Below are positions 1 to 13,000 of a stretch of DNA of 64,000 nucleotides, in pieces. The notes under the pieces are model-generated. The model was not told where the DNA came from. It searched no databases and saw nothing but the letters and a program-made list of their open reading frames with translations. This DNA comes from Antedon mediterranea. Taxonomy: Eukaryota > Animalia > Echinodermata. Each line of letters begins with the position of its first letter. The stretch's first letter is position 1. Made by a program: the position numbers and the translations under genes. The stretch covers positions 15,137,045 to 15,201,044 of the forward strand of contig NC_092680.1 of NCBI RefSeq assembly GCF_964355755.1. Direction: 5' to 3'.

Positions 1-780
1 TTTATTATCGTCGGGTCTAAATGTAACATCTCCAAAATCAACATCACACATATCAGAATCGGAAACTCTAACATCGCTCCCTCATCGGTGGTCCGGAATC
101 TGGGAATCATGCTGGATAGTAATCTCACTATGGAAGCACAAATAACAACTGTATCCAAAGCAGCATGCATATCGATTAGGAACCTTGGTCGTATTCGCGG
201 TAATCTTAACAAGAAAACAGCTGAATTGATTGTACACTCATTTGTCACTTCTAAAATTGACATTGGTAATGCCTTGTTGTTTGGCATACCAAAATCTCAA
301 ATACAACGTTTGCAGCGCTTGCAAAATATGGCAGCTAGAATTGTTATACAAAATCAAACGCTCACATAACTCCTGTCCTGATGGATTTGCATTGGTTGCC
401 TGTTCAACAACGTATTAAGTACAAACTTGCGTTGTTTGTATTCAAGATCCTAAATGACAGTGCTCCTGCTTATTTATCTGACCTTGTGGATCGTTACGAA
501 TCATCCCGCAGAGGCCTACGATCATTGTCACAAAACCTTCTTCAAGAGCGTAGAGCGAAAAATCAGTGGGGTCGGAGATCTTTTTACGTTGCGGCCGCAA
601 GTGTATGGAACAGCTTACCAGCAACAGTTAAATGCTCAACTAGTCTAAACAGTTTCAAGACCAACCTAAAGACGTCGCTATTCGCTGATGTCCTCGCACG
701 TTGTTAATGCACAAAGCGCCATGAGCGCCACATGGGTGGAGGATACCGGCGCTATATAAGTTTTCATTTATTATTATATT
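1..780 (+). mobile_element. 3' end of a non-LTR retrotransposon (L2/CR1 group): ORF2 post-RT region with a frameshift, 3' UTR and (ATT)n-like tail
   Basis: ORFs 88-369 (VRNLGIMLDSNLTM...LQRLQNMAAR) and 381-707 (LHWLPVQQRIKYKL...RSFYVAAASVWNSLP...FKTNLKT) are typical L2/CR1 ORF2 C-terminal motifs in two frames. They are followed by AAGCGCC...GGCGCTATATAAG and ttattattat. Confidence 0.9.
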
Positions 781-1196
781 ACAAGATGGTAGATGAATCC
801 ATGCATTTAAAAGTAGCCTACACAATCCAGTACATTTCCATGGCGTATTTTATACTATAGTGGATTTATTGATTTAGGTTCATGCAATTTTATTTATTAT
901 TTATATATTATTATTTTATTTACTTTGATTGTTTCATATTGTGAAACTATACGAAGATTATAACATTATAAATAACTATACTATGGTATAACATTTTAAT
1001 AACAAAATTCCTATAATTTTAATTAATATTTGTCTAGTTTTTGTCTGTTTTTGTATATATTGTAAAATGTTCCTACAGTGTAGACTATTTAAATCGTTTC
1101 AGTGATGAGAGACCATATTAGACACACACGCACACATTTACAAAATAGTACAGTAAAATAGTGATTAAGATTAAGATAACAATAGAAATATAAAGA

Positions 1197-1335
1197 TAAA
1201 GCTCTGTATACACTATTAAACTATAGTTTGACAAAAAAAGTGTGATATGCACACATATGGTAGTGATATGGTGAAATATGGTAGTGATATGACGTCATCA
1301 TGTCCATATATGTACAGATACAGTATAGACAAAGC
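1197..1335. mobile_element. Degenerate copy of a short inverted-repeat MITE family (AAAGCTCTGTCTACACTATCAAAC...GTTTGATAGTGTAGACAGAGCTTT)
   Basis: Related sequences occur at ~11090-11190, 11194-11342, ~13540-13640, ~14146-14252 and ~29780-29870. Confidence 0.6.
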
Positions 1336-2009
1336 TTAACGAAGAAAACTCTGTCGTAGGGTAGGAGAAAATGTCGTAGGGGATAATGTTGGCGGAGAAT
1401 GTGTCTGGGGAAAAAATGTCACGATGAAAATATGTTTCAAGTGGGAAACCCCGACAACGTATGAATAACGCTTACTTACGTGCATCATTTGTTCTATTTA
1501 AAAAGCAGGGCAATGTACGCTTATGTTATTATGTCTTGTGATTATCAAGGTAATAATTAATCTCTTACTAAGTACATTAAAAGATAAGGAATGTGAAGAA
1601 CCTGTTTCAATGAACGGATAACAATACAATGAAAATATTAAATTTCAAGGTTAAAATAGATACAATGCTATAGACTGAATAATCTTAGATTGTGTGTTTA
1701 CGTGTCATACGCTATAGGCTATCGAAAAATAAAACTGTGGCCGGTGAAGATTGTATTTAGACTTGTTTCTGTGATCTCTGTCAATTATATAATACAACCA
1801 AACCCCCAATTGTGCTTAATTATCAAGAACAATAATACATTGTCCTGTAAGTGATAATAGTTTTTTAGCAACAAAAGTTGATACCACTTTATACTTGAGT
1901 TTATTTCCTTTACTTTATTATCTTAGAAAAATTACGAATTTACTAAACCACTATTGAAATTAAACAGATATCATAAAACTTTCATACAGTAGTTTATATG
2001 AAACTTGTA

Positions 2010-2036
2010 TCTTCTTCTTCTTCTTCTTCTTCTTCG
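2010..2036. repeat. (CTT)n microsatellite
   Basis: Seen directly. Confidence 0.9.
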
Positions 2037-3579
2037 TATTAGGAGCCAACTTCATATGTGAAGACTCTGCTCCTCCAACTCTGTTTTGCTAGCTCTACTG
2101 TATTTGGTTGTGTATTATTGTTCTATTTAGTCATTCTTTTACAGAGAGAAACTGACTCCCTTATTTATTTATAATTATTATTATTAATTATCATTATTAT
2201 TATTATTATTATTTTTTTTTTTCCTCTTTTTTTCCCCTTACTTCTCCTTTCACTTTTCTTTCTCTCTTTTCTTCCCTTTCCCTTATCTCTTTTTTTAAAG
2301 TTTTACTTATATAAATATATATACATGTTAGTATGAATATATATAATTATTTGATCTATCCTATCTATTATATAATTGTATTGTATTCAGACACCTTGTA
2401 AAGAGTAAAATAGAGTAAACTGTACCCAACATTAAACACTATGGAAGTCTACCATCCGTGCCAACCGCTATCACTTTCCTGGGCCGCTACCTAGGAGGCA
2501 GAATAAAGTAGCTGGATACCCATTTACCCCGCCTCAGCCATCCAGTTGCCCAGCGAGCATTTTTGTATTTTACTATTCATTTTAACAAACAAAATGACTC
2601 AATCAAAGCAAAATTGTTTAATAATTAACGAGAGGAGGAGCTATTTGTTTACTTAAAAGTATCCTTTTATACCCTGTTTTTCTGTTTAGTTGTAATTTTA
2701 CTCATTTTCTCTTGGGAATGGTTCCATGATGACTCCGAAACGTCGATCTTTTTGTCATTAAATTTGATTTTTTTAACGTTATATAGTAAATGTCTCTTAA
2801 TTCATAATTTGATATTTTCACAACAAATTCTTATCCTTTTCATTGATCCATTTTGTAAGAATTGTTTATAGGATGCCATGTGTAGGCCTATCATTTCCAT
2901 TTTAGTAGAAATTGGTAATAGAAATTAACACTCGTGTTACTATGAATATATAATGAGACCTTGCACCGAATGTTGAAAATTAATTAGGGTGACATTATAC
3001 TGAAATATATCTAAATATTGCAAAATCACAAGAAGTTAGGGTCTAGCCCTATAGTGCGGAATTTAGCCATATAATCGACGGGAAATCAAATAATCATGTT
3101 TGTTAGGACCAATAAGGTTCGAACATGTGTATTCAGAATCCGGGTTTTGCTGATGACGGTCATTGAATTTAAAAGTACAAAAGCTTAACGCCAGACTGTT
3201 ATCGTGTGAAGGAGAGGTCAGATAAATGGCCATTTTACAAATAACACAAAAACATTTTACTATTTGCACAAACCGTATAAGATTAAGTTAAGTTCCTAAC
3301 ATTAATTCCCTCTTTTCAAAATCTAAGAAATCTAAAGTTATAATTAACACTTTCAACTAAAAAAGCATTTAATAATAGGCCTAACTAACGATTATCTGCT
3401 ATTCTGGACTCGTTTCAAGTTAAATCTTCGTATAATAACTATTCAATATTGTGGATTTTTGAGGAAATCAAACATATGTTGTCAAGCTGTCACGCGAGTA
3501 TTTACTTATCACGAACACTTCCAGTTGTTTGTTTATTTATTGGTATTAATATTGGTCAACTTTACTTTGTTTATTTTTA

Positions 3580-3665
3580 GTCTACAGCTCACTATGTCGG
3601 TCGGTAGGTAAACACTAACTCAAATTTGCGCACGCGACTGCTGCAACCATGTATATGGCCTTGTT
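3580..3665 (+). mobile_element. Short DINE/Helentron-like interspersed repeat; second copy at ~33115-33215
   Basis: Both copies share TCTACAGCTCAC..ATGTC-(GTCG)n-TAAACACT..CAAATTTG.GCACGC...GGCCTTGTT. The family assignment is inference from this structure. Confidence 0.5.
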
Positions 3666-3897
3666 AATGTGAGTGTACATACAAAAACAACAGCGGATCA
3701 TTTTACTTATACATTTATTTTTATGACAACTTACTAATCTCTAATACTGTCCATTTTCACAGATTACTTTCACATGATCCAATATTAAACTCGGACAACT
3801 TCTGATAGGTGTACAGTACTTCCAAGACACCCAACCTTATACGGAAGAAGAACGTCGTATTTTACAAACTCTAAAAATTAAATTCTCAAGCCTAATT

Positions 3898-5206
3898 ATG
3901 CTCTACAAACAAATCATATCGCTGGTAGTTGGACTAGTAATGATGGTAAGGGCTGGAATTGGAATTCCTGTGTACAACCCACAAATAGACCATACACTAT
4001 ATCTGCCAAAAGGAAATCCGTCGTTTAGCTAGCTCCTCAATAATCGAACGTTTGTCATCACGCTATTGGGCAAAACCTACCCGAACCCCTAACTGCCCAA
4101 ATCAAGATGGTCTGAAACAACAGCAAGATGGAATTCCATTGGAAAATTCTGATGAGCCGAGTACGCAATCAAAAACAGTGTTTGCTAGACATGATATTAC
4201 CGGACTGCTGGAAAACACTGCGGAGGATCTCTCTGCTCAGCCAACAATTATGACACTCACTGAAGATCAAAAACTACAAGTTCTTAGCACTTATGGAAGT
4301 TACTTCAGAGCAAGTCCGGTGATTACAGAGATCGAATCAGATATTGTTCCAGAAATTCCAGACATTGGACATTTCATTCCACCAGATATAGGCCTACCTC
4401 AATCAGCTCCGAGTACTCGGGTCGAAGTTTGTCCCCGAGTTGAAAACTGGGAAACACTTTTCTTGGCGGAAAACAAAGAAGGAAAATTGGTCCAAATTGT
4501 ACAGGTGAGTTCACTTTAAAATAAGAATAAGTATTCTACAGCAGTTGTCGATCCTATAATAGTGGAACGTATGATTTGTGACTACCTAGGGCTATAATGT
4601 ACCTCCTACACGCGTCGTTGGTTGTTGTCACGTTTAGACCTAGTACGCCAAAACAGCGAGGAATCAAGGGGATGGATGCGTTGAAATGTATACACATGCG
4701 CCTAATGAATTGACATGTACCGTAGTGGTATAGGTCCTAGCAAAGAATATATATTCTTTGGTCCTTGCTAGGTCTAATCAGGATTATTGTATTTTACAGT
4801 GCAAGATGTTTACTTTATATAAAAGTATAAACTGTGAAATTTTTAAATGTTATCTCATGAATTCAACTATGATACCCAAACACAAAACCTACGTTATGCT
4901 AAAATTTAAAACAAATAAGGTTTCGTTTAATATGAAAGGTTATAATTTTAAACAGAAACTCACAAGGTAAAGTATATTTGTATACTATATAATTATATGT
5001 TTTTTCTCACGTAGTTTCCAGACGACGGAATGGAACAATGGTTTTTAAATGAAGAGTGTTCTTCGAGTGTTTCAAGAGTAGTCAACAACGTGAGCTGTGA
5101 CGTCAGGAGCCGTTTAGTCAGAGCAATTGTTGTAGATCAAGCTAGTAGCCGTATAACTCAACAAGAGATACGAGTCAACAGCTGTTCTGCTCACACTTTC
5201 TTATAG
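3898..5206 (+). pseudogene. Secreted neurotrophin/Spaetzle-like cystine-knot gene with two coding exons (3898-4504, 5015-5206); frame broken near 4026-4033 in this sequence
   Basis: Signal-peptide-like start MLYKQIISLVVGLVMMVRAGIG. ORF 4052-4519 ends at donor CAG|GTGAGT (4504/4505), and the acceptor cacgtag|TTT (5015) continues in frame to TAG at 5204-5206. The spliced C-terminus EVCPRVENWETLFLAENKEGKLVQIVQFPDDGMEQWFLNEEC...SCDVRSRLVRAIVVD...EIRVNSCSA resembles NGF/Spaetzle spacing. AATAAA lies ~70 nt after the stop. Confidence 0.6.
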
Positions 5207-7013
5207 GCCTAACACTATCTTTATTACTGATATAACATTATCATTACTATTTGGACTTTAAATAATGAAAACAATAAACGATAACAAACTGGTTTAGTTG
5301 AGAGACTACCGCTCTCGTTACTAAAGTATTTCTGAAATCTCAGCTTCAACTACTCCGCTTACTTTCTTAATGAAGGTTCTTCCAGTTGTCCACTTGCAAT
5401 TTCTTTAGTTAAATCAGTTGCTAATTATTGCGATTTAGTTTAGTGACTCGTAGATAAATTCGACATAATCCACACAGCAGAAGCATCTTTAAATGTTACA
5501 AAGTTAGGCGTCAGTCGTAACGGTTAGTCAGGCCTAATAGTAGCCAGCGATGTAACGTACCTTGCCAAATACATGACTAACCCATACAAATAGAAAATGT
5601 ACTGCAAGATTAAGTACCGTAGGCCAACACTAGGCCTAGGCCTACTGACATATTCATATATTTAGCAGCAATTGTATTGCAACCACGTTTAAGATAAATA
5701 ATACAAATGTCATTATTGCGGTTACGACAAAACTGTGTTCAAAGAAACCGTTAATGAATGCGTATAATATTGTAGAACCTATTGTGGTGTCGTAAAAAAA
5801 AACTTTATAGAAAACGGTGTATTTATTAAAATGAGACAAGTTATTTATTATACCAAATGTACTTTAGAAAATAATTTATTTCGCAATCTACACAACACCT
5901 TAATTATAATACAGTGGTAACCATACCGCAATCGCGATACCATGGAAGTGGATTATATAATAGTGTTAGCCTGGTGGTATTGATGTGTTATGTATCTATA
6001 CTAGATATTTTATTTAATCGTATGTGTCTACAAATGTATTTAGATTGCAAGATTATAATAAATGTAGTAGTGGGTAAACTGGTTTCTTTTCTGAATACAG
6101 AGAAGTTTCTCTTTGATTTATGACCGTCGTACCGATTGTTGAATCTAAATAATAGGAAAGTAGAAGATCCAACTTAAAGGTTGTGCGAAACAAAACATAC
6201 TTTCAAAGAGGACGTAAAACTAAAATAAAAAAAAACCCCACAAAAACATACTATTAGGTTATATAATATAATGGGGTAGATCCATCATCGACAAGATTTG
6301 TGAATGTGCGGTTGGTCGGTCGCTTCGATCATCGAAGTTCAGTTCATATATACGAAAAACAATTAAATTAAGACAAGTGGTGGAATTACGATATATGGTA
6401 GTTTTATTTTATGCCGTCATTTATAGAAAATATATACATCGGCACACTATGATTCAGAAAGAAAAAAAAACAACCACTGGTTTAATTATCAATGATCAAA
6501 ACTACACAAATTTGAAATATTTTGATAAACAATTGGGAAACACTAGTATTATTGCACAGTTAATCATTTACGAAAAATAAAAATTGAAATAAACAACATT
6601 GAATTCAAGTCAAGATTATGTTTCAGAATCTTAAAGTGAGCACCTGTGATTTTATTTGAAAAAACTTTTCTTTCCTTCAACTTTTTTGTATTACCCACTC
6701 CCAGGATGGAGAGTGTAATCATTGAGGATTATTAGTCTCTAAATATACATTGGCAATAATGACTCGCATTGGTATTCATAGTTAATTTTCCTAATGCTTG
6801 GTTCCCACTAGAACGTAACGCAAGCGAGTTGACCAATGACATTAGACAGTTCAAATAATTCATTGCTTGTGATTGGTCAAATTAGTGGAAATCAAGATTA
6901 AAGGAAACAACAACGGAACTGCCCAATTACAAACAATACTGTAGCTAGGCAGTAATTTCACTCTTCCCTGAGCTAGGCACTTATATATACGACTAAAATT
7001 GAACAAAACAGCT

Positions 7014-10000
7014 TTATTTTGAACTAAAATTAGAGTCCTTTCTTCTGGATAATCTGCGTTCACCAGCAAACGATTTCTTTTGCGATGGCGAAACTAAAGG
7101 AGAACTCAATAGCTGGCTCAGACCTCTGACAGACAATGGAGTATGTTTATGATTCGGAGTTCCTCTTGGACTTTTATAGCTTTTTGGAGTCTCATGGGAG
7201 AGGTGTTCTTCTGTAAAAACGTCATCCACATCGACGGAAGAAATGTTACTGATTTCAGAACAGCTCAAGTCAACACCGCAACTGGAGAATGCTGATCTGC
7301 CTGAGGATGTTGATGGCATGTTTTGTGTCTTTCTCCTTGAAGGCTTTCTGAAAGGTAATATATCATTGTGCTGCATTCCTGTGCCAGGAATTTGTAATGT
7401 ATTAACAGGTATTCGTGATTCTTTGGTTTCCGGTTGTGACTGGTAAATGTCAAATGAACTACCCGCATTTCGAAAATCTGGAGTTTTCTTTCTTGAAATC
7501 TTCTGAGGCTTTTCTGAAGAATTCTCTTCCAGAGAACGCTTTCTTCTTAAGCTATAAGTGGGTGTTAACAATGACTGAGATTTTACTTTTTGTACTTCAC
7601 AATTTTTTGGAAAATCAATCTCTGGGTCTGAATCTGAATCTAAACCTTCAGCAGATATCAAGGCAACCACATCAGGATTTTTTCTATCTACATCTGTAAA
7701 TAAATCATCAACAAATGGGATCAAATCTTCCTCATCTTCTGCAGAACTGGAAAAACTACAATGAATATTCTCTGAATTATTTCTGGATATTGGTAATCTT
7801 CGTCTCGACTTTGGTGGTGTCTTATTCTTTTCCTGTACTTCATTGGCTTTCCGTTTTGAATTACTTCTAGTTAATCTTGTACTCTTTGAGCTACATTCTT
7901 TAACCTTGCTGGCGGAACCAGTAGATCTTGGTGTAACTCTCTCAAAGGTTGGAGATTGTTTATGCGTTTCTATCCAGACAGAACCTGTGTTGGTTGAAGG
8001 TTTAGCCTTACATGATGGAGATGGGGTTTTGTAATCAATTGGGGATGGTGTGCCTGATCGCACCTTTTTTCTTGGCCAATTATCAAAAGTTTCTAATTTC
8101 AATCTTGGTGATACTCCAACTTTCAATTCAGTAGAAGGAGAATCAAGTTTATTTAAAATTTCAGATGTATGTGATGATTCTTTTTTGTTTGCACATAGTT
8201 TATTTGTTTCTTCAGTGTTAATTTCATGTTTTACCGAATCAGACTGTTTTGCCTTTTCTGCTGAACCATGACTATGCAATGAATTTCTGGTTTTCCTGGG
8301 CGTTCTCAAGGGTGTTCCAATCGGGCTTTTAAATGGAGAAACTTCTGACTTGATATCACTTTGCACGCTTGTCAATAAGTCTTTTCTTGTTGGACTAAAT
8401 GTGAGGCACTTTTTGAATTCGGTTGCGTCTTGTTTATTGGGCGTTAACGTAACTTTTTGTCTTGTGTTATTACTAGGTGAATCCAAGCCTTGTAGAGCAA
8501 CTTTCCGAATACCTTGTAATTTTTCAGGGCTGAAGATTTCACTTAAAAGAAACTTGGATGGACTTTCTTGAACAATTTCAGAATCTTTAGGCTTATTAAT
8601 ATCCTTGAAGTTGGACACATTTTCTGAGAGCCTAGTAATATGAGGTGTAATTTTTGCTTCGTCTCCTCGAATACGAGCACCTAATGTTAAAGCCTTAGCC
8701 AAGTTGCGTGAGTCTTTCTTATTTGTCTTTGAATAAAATGACCTGGTGCGTTGTCGAGTGTTTGAGGCCTTAATACGAGGACTTGATCGAACACCTTTAA
8801 ATAAAAATTACAATAAATTTTAAGTTTGGAAGCAATTGTTTTGTGAACAATACAAAATTATAGTTTTCCAACATTTTACTATGGGTGAGTCCACAACAAA
8901 AAAAAGTTTATCTTTGTTTTAAAAGAAAACAAAAGATGATGTTGAAAAATACTCTGGCAATATTTTTCTATATAAAAAATTGATTTTTATAGGAAAATGA
9001 TTTACGGTTTTTCAAATCTAACTAGGCTTAGTTATGTTAACCTATATTTAAGACCTGCAAAATGTTGATTACATATGAGATTAAATGCTGATGGGATCTA
9101 CAGCATTTTCTCTTCATTACCTTTGACATGCGTTTCTTGCATTGATTTCACAGGCGATTCTTCTATTACTTGAATGAGTGTGTCTGCTTTGTCTTTCTGT
9201 CTTTGTCTTAAAACATAACATTTTACATAGATGTTACACATTTACCATTTAAACATAAATTATTTAGAAAAAGGCAGAAGAGTTTTAGTATAATAATATT
9301 TCTAGAAAACAACAAAGTAAAAAAATGTTGGCTAGATGAACCTAGGCTCGCACAGTACATTACAGTACAAAGTTATAAATTCCTAAACCAAATATTGTCT
9401 TTATGTCACATAATATTATCAGAGGAATCATGTTAACCACTGTGATAAAAATCGTAGTAGTTTTTTTTTTCAATTTGCAGCTATTCAAGTACTGTGTAAA
9501 TGCAGATTAGTGACACGGAAAATCGACGAAAACCATGAAACAATCTTTTTTCTCCAATGATTCCACTTGTATAGCGGTTTCACATAACGTGATAACAATT
9601 TTACAATAGATTTTTTGACATTAATTAGTAAATATTGCTCTCCAAAATTGTTAATTCAAATAGAGTAGGCCTACTGTTTTGAATGTTATTGTTTATAAAA
9701 TGCAATGGCAAGCAAAACATAGGCGGTGCTACTGCATTTTCGCCAGAGGACGTAGGTACATTATAATCATTAGGTATCTCTTTTGTGTTAGGTAGAACTA
9801 ATACTGAACGACATGTGATGAGTAATTAACCAATAAAATGGCAAGTATACACTCGGGGGTTATAATAAAAAATAGCTAATGACATAAAATAGAACCACCT
9901 TGCTCTTTCCATCTTCTCAAGCATAGCAGAGATAACCTGTCTTTTGCCAGGTGTTTCCTTTACTATCTTTGTTTTCAAGACAGCTCCTGCTCTAGAACAA

Positions 10001-13000
10001 CCTCTTCTTGGGCTTTTCCTTAAGAAAGCACATAATAACATTTCAGATTTTTTAAACAAAGTGCAATTCCATAAACAGGATATTATTTGATAGTAATTTT
10101 CATTGCAAGAATTTATTTAAAAAATGTTATTTAAATAATTTTTATTTCATCTCGCATTTCACATTTTAATGAAGAATCCATCTTGAAAAGAAGCCCACTC
10201 AAAGAGTTTAAAAAAAGAAGCCCATGGGCTTCTTTTCAAGGTTTTACGGTATTTTATTATCTTAAAAGACAATCTTTAGCCTATTACAAGATCAATCTGA
10301 GGAAACCTATAGACTATGGGCTCAAACACGGACCCCCCCCCCCCTGGGGATTTTTCGGGACCAAATAATAATAATAAATGAAATAAATAATAGAGGACAT
10401 TTACCAAGTTGTGGTCTGCATAACTGCTACTGATTTTCTGCGAGTAAGCCCAGGTTTATTTTCAACTTTGTGTTCTTGACTTTCACCTATAAATAAATTC
10501 CTCCGTACTTTCTTTGTTTCATCCACAACTATAAAAACAATTGTTTTGATTATTCTAGTTATTAAAAATGTTATGCCTCCCAAAAACATTAAATAAAGAT
10601 TAATAAAATCACACTATAAATAGGCCATTTTGCAGTTTTAATTAACTTTATACATAAAACAAATGAAAAATATAATAATTTTAACTTATAAAAAGATAAA
10701 ATAAACCGTTACATTTAATGAAAACCCCATAAGTTTTTTCTTGAATAACCGTTTTTTTCAGGTTAATAAGTCCAACTAAAATGGACATTCAGCAAAAAAA
10801 AGGAAGGCCCTCTTTATCTTTAATAAACAAATACATTATTACAAAAGATGTAAGAGTTTTCGTTAGAATGTTATGTGTGCGTATACAAAGTTTTCTGATA
10901 AAGTAACTTCTAACAAACATACCTGGTTTTTTCTTTCTCCTTTCTTTAGATTCCTTTGGCTTACTTTCATTTTTCTTTAAATCAACTGATATTGTCCTTG
11001 TAGGTATGTTGGCAATGCTTGGTAAGCGCTTCAGTCCTCTTGGCCTATTTTAGACATTTTTGAAAAAATAAAACGAGAAAATAAAATAAATGTGATATGC
11101 CCATATGGACACGATGTCATATCATCACTATACCATATTTTGGAACATTACACCTTTTTTGTCAAACTAGTTTGATAGTGTAGACAGAATTATAAAGCTC
11201 TCTCCACACTATCAAACTTTATGTGACATAAAAATGGGAGTCGAGTGCCCATATACAGACATAATGATGTCATATCACTATTTGAGCATATCACTACAGT
11301 ATTTGACACATCACGCTAGTTTGATAATGTAGACAGAGCTTTAGATAACTTAACAATTATAATGAAACATAATTGTACCTGTTGGGCACAGAGCCAGTAG
11401 TTTCCAGGGAACTAACAGACCCATACGATGATGACGGTGGAGGTTGGATGCTCATCAGGTCTTCAATAGTTGGAGAACAGAGAACACTGGGAACAGGCTG
11501 CATCAATCCTTCATAGATTCCAACCAGCATGTATGGCACCGTATCTGTGTAACTAAGAAACAAAATATTACATTCAAAATGTTATGGCATCCTCTATAGT
11601 TTGGACATGCTTTCTCTAGACAAATGCATTGACATCTGTTTACACTTACTTTGGTAACATTTTTTCTTTTAAGAACACCGTCAATTTGTTGTGATCAGCA
11701 AGGAAAGGGATAGTTTGTAACATTGCAACCATCTAAAAATAAAGAAAGATTAAAAAGAAATAAATTATGAGTTGACAGTTTCAATTAGTAATTTCAATGG
11801 ATCAACTATAAATGAAATGTGTATGTTGTCTAGTTAAAAGGCATCTTCACCCTGAATGAACACAAAATACACATTCTGGAAATTAACATCTCATGCTAAA
11901 CCTAGTATTGAAAGCATATTCAACAAACTTCACAACATATCTCTTTTATTAATAGTCACATATATTTAAATTCACACTGTGTCTCGTCATATAACCACTG
12001 GTAAAATTTGAATAGGGGACCACTTGCCAATATTGGGTGTATGTATAAACCTTTCTTATGGTAATATAGAAATGCGAGGCACCTTTCTGTGTCATATTGA
12101 TTGTATCCTTAGACAAGATACTTTCCTCATCTTACACGAGATGTAAAGTTATTGGTTGTATATTAAAGACACTAGACCTATGTTTTTTTGGACCTAATTT
12201 AAGGTAACACACTATATTTTATGTAAAAATAAATACTACTGTATGAACCTATTGCGATATTTTTTCGTCTTTAAACCGTTAAAAGTGTAGGTTAGGCCTG
12301 TATCTAGCGTACAATGTTCATACATTACCACTCTTTACCAGCTAGGACTACACGAAACTAAGCCTAACTAAGCTAGGCCTAAAAACTTCTACCAGAGAAC
12401 TTTCGACTCGAGCTACTTAGGTAGTGCATCGTTTTTCTCTTTTTATCATAATTAACCTTAGAACGTAACTTTAAGACAAGAAATGACCTGGTTTCATGTT
12501 TTAGAGTCATATATATGCATTATTTTTACAAAATGTCAAAAATTGCAGGTCTAGTGTCTTTAAAAGAAGAATTAAAGTATACTTTTCGAAAAGATATAGG
12601 ATCGTTACCCAGTATGCTAATCTGCCTATTTGGTGTGGGTCTGTAGAAGGCCTAATTCTCAGTTTCAAGTTTTACCTGATTACGATCATAATTATTTTTA
12701 CTGTACGTTACCTCATCAACAACTTTCTGAAGCGCCTCTGGTAAATCACTTTCCTTTTCACTATCGCTAGACACATCATCTTCATTGGTGGTATTCAATC
12801 CTTTATTAATCAAACCATCTCTACCCATCCGGTTGAGAATGTCAGTAGGTGACAGAGCTTCCATTTCAAGCTGCAAGACAACCTGGAGAATAACCTCACA
12901 GATTCTCTCTTCTACAGACGCCTGTTTATGTTCATCTTTTTGATACTTTTCTCTTAGTTGTTTGCTGGACAACACTAGGGAATCTTTTATGAGTTTCTTT

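Noticed and set aside
2720-2750. Penelope-type minimal hammerhead ribozyme (TGATGA..GAAACGTC)
   Set aside because: The core reads CATGATGA rather than CTGATGA, stem II is essentially absent and stem I is not evident; at most a decayed remnant.
5300-5500. Possible minus-strand coding remnant downstream of the neurotrophin-like gene
   Set aside because: It has multiple stops in the frames examined and no recognisable family motif.
7243-8571. Several plus-strand ORFs overlapping the last TICRR exon
   Set aside because: They are antisense shadows of a long coding exon with no recognisable motifs.
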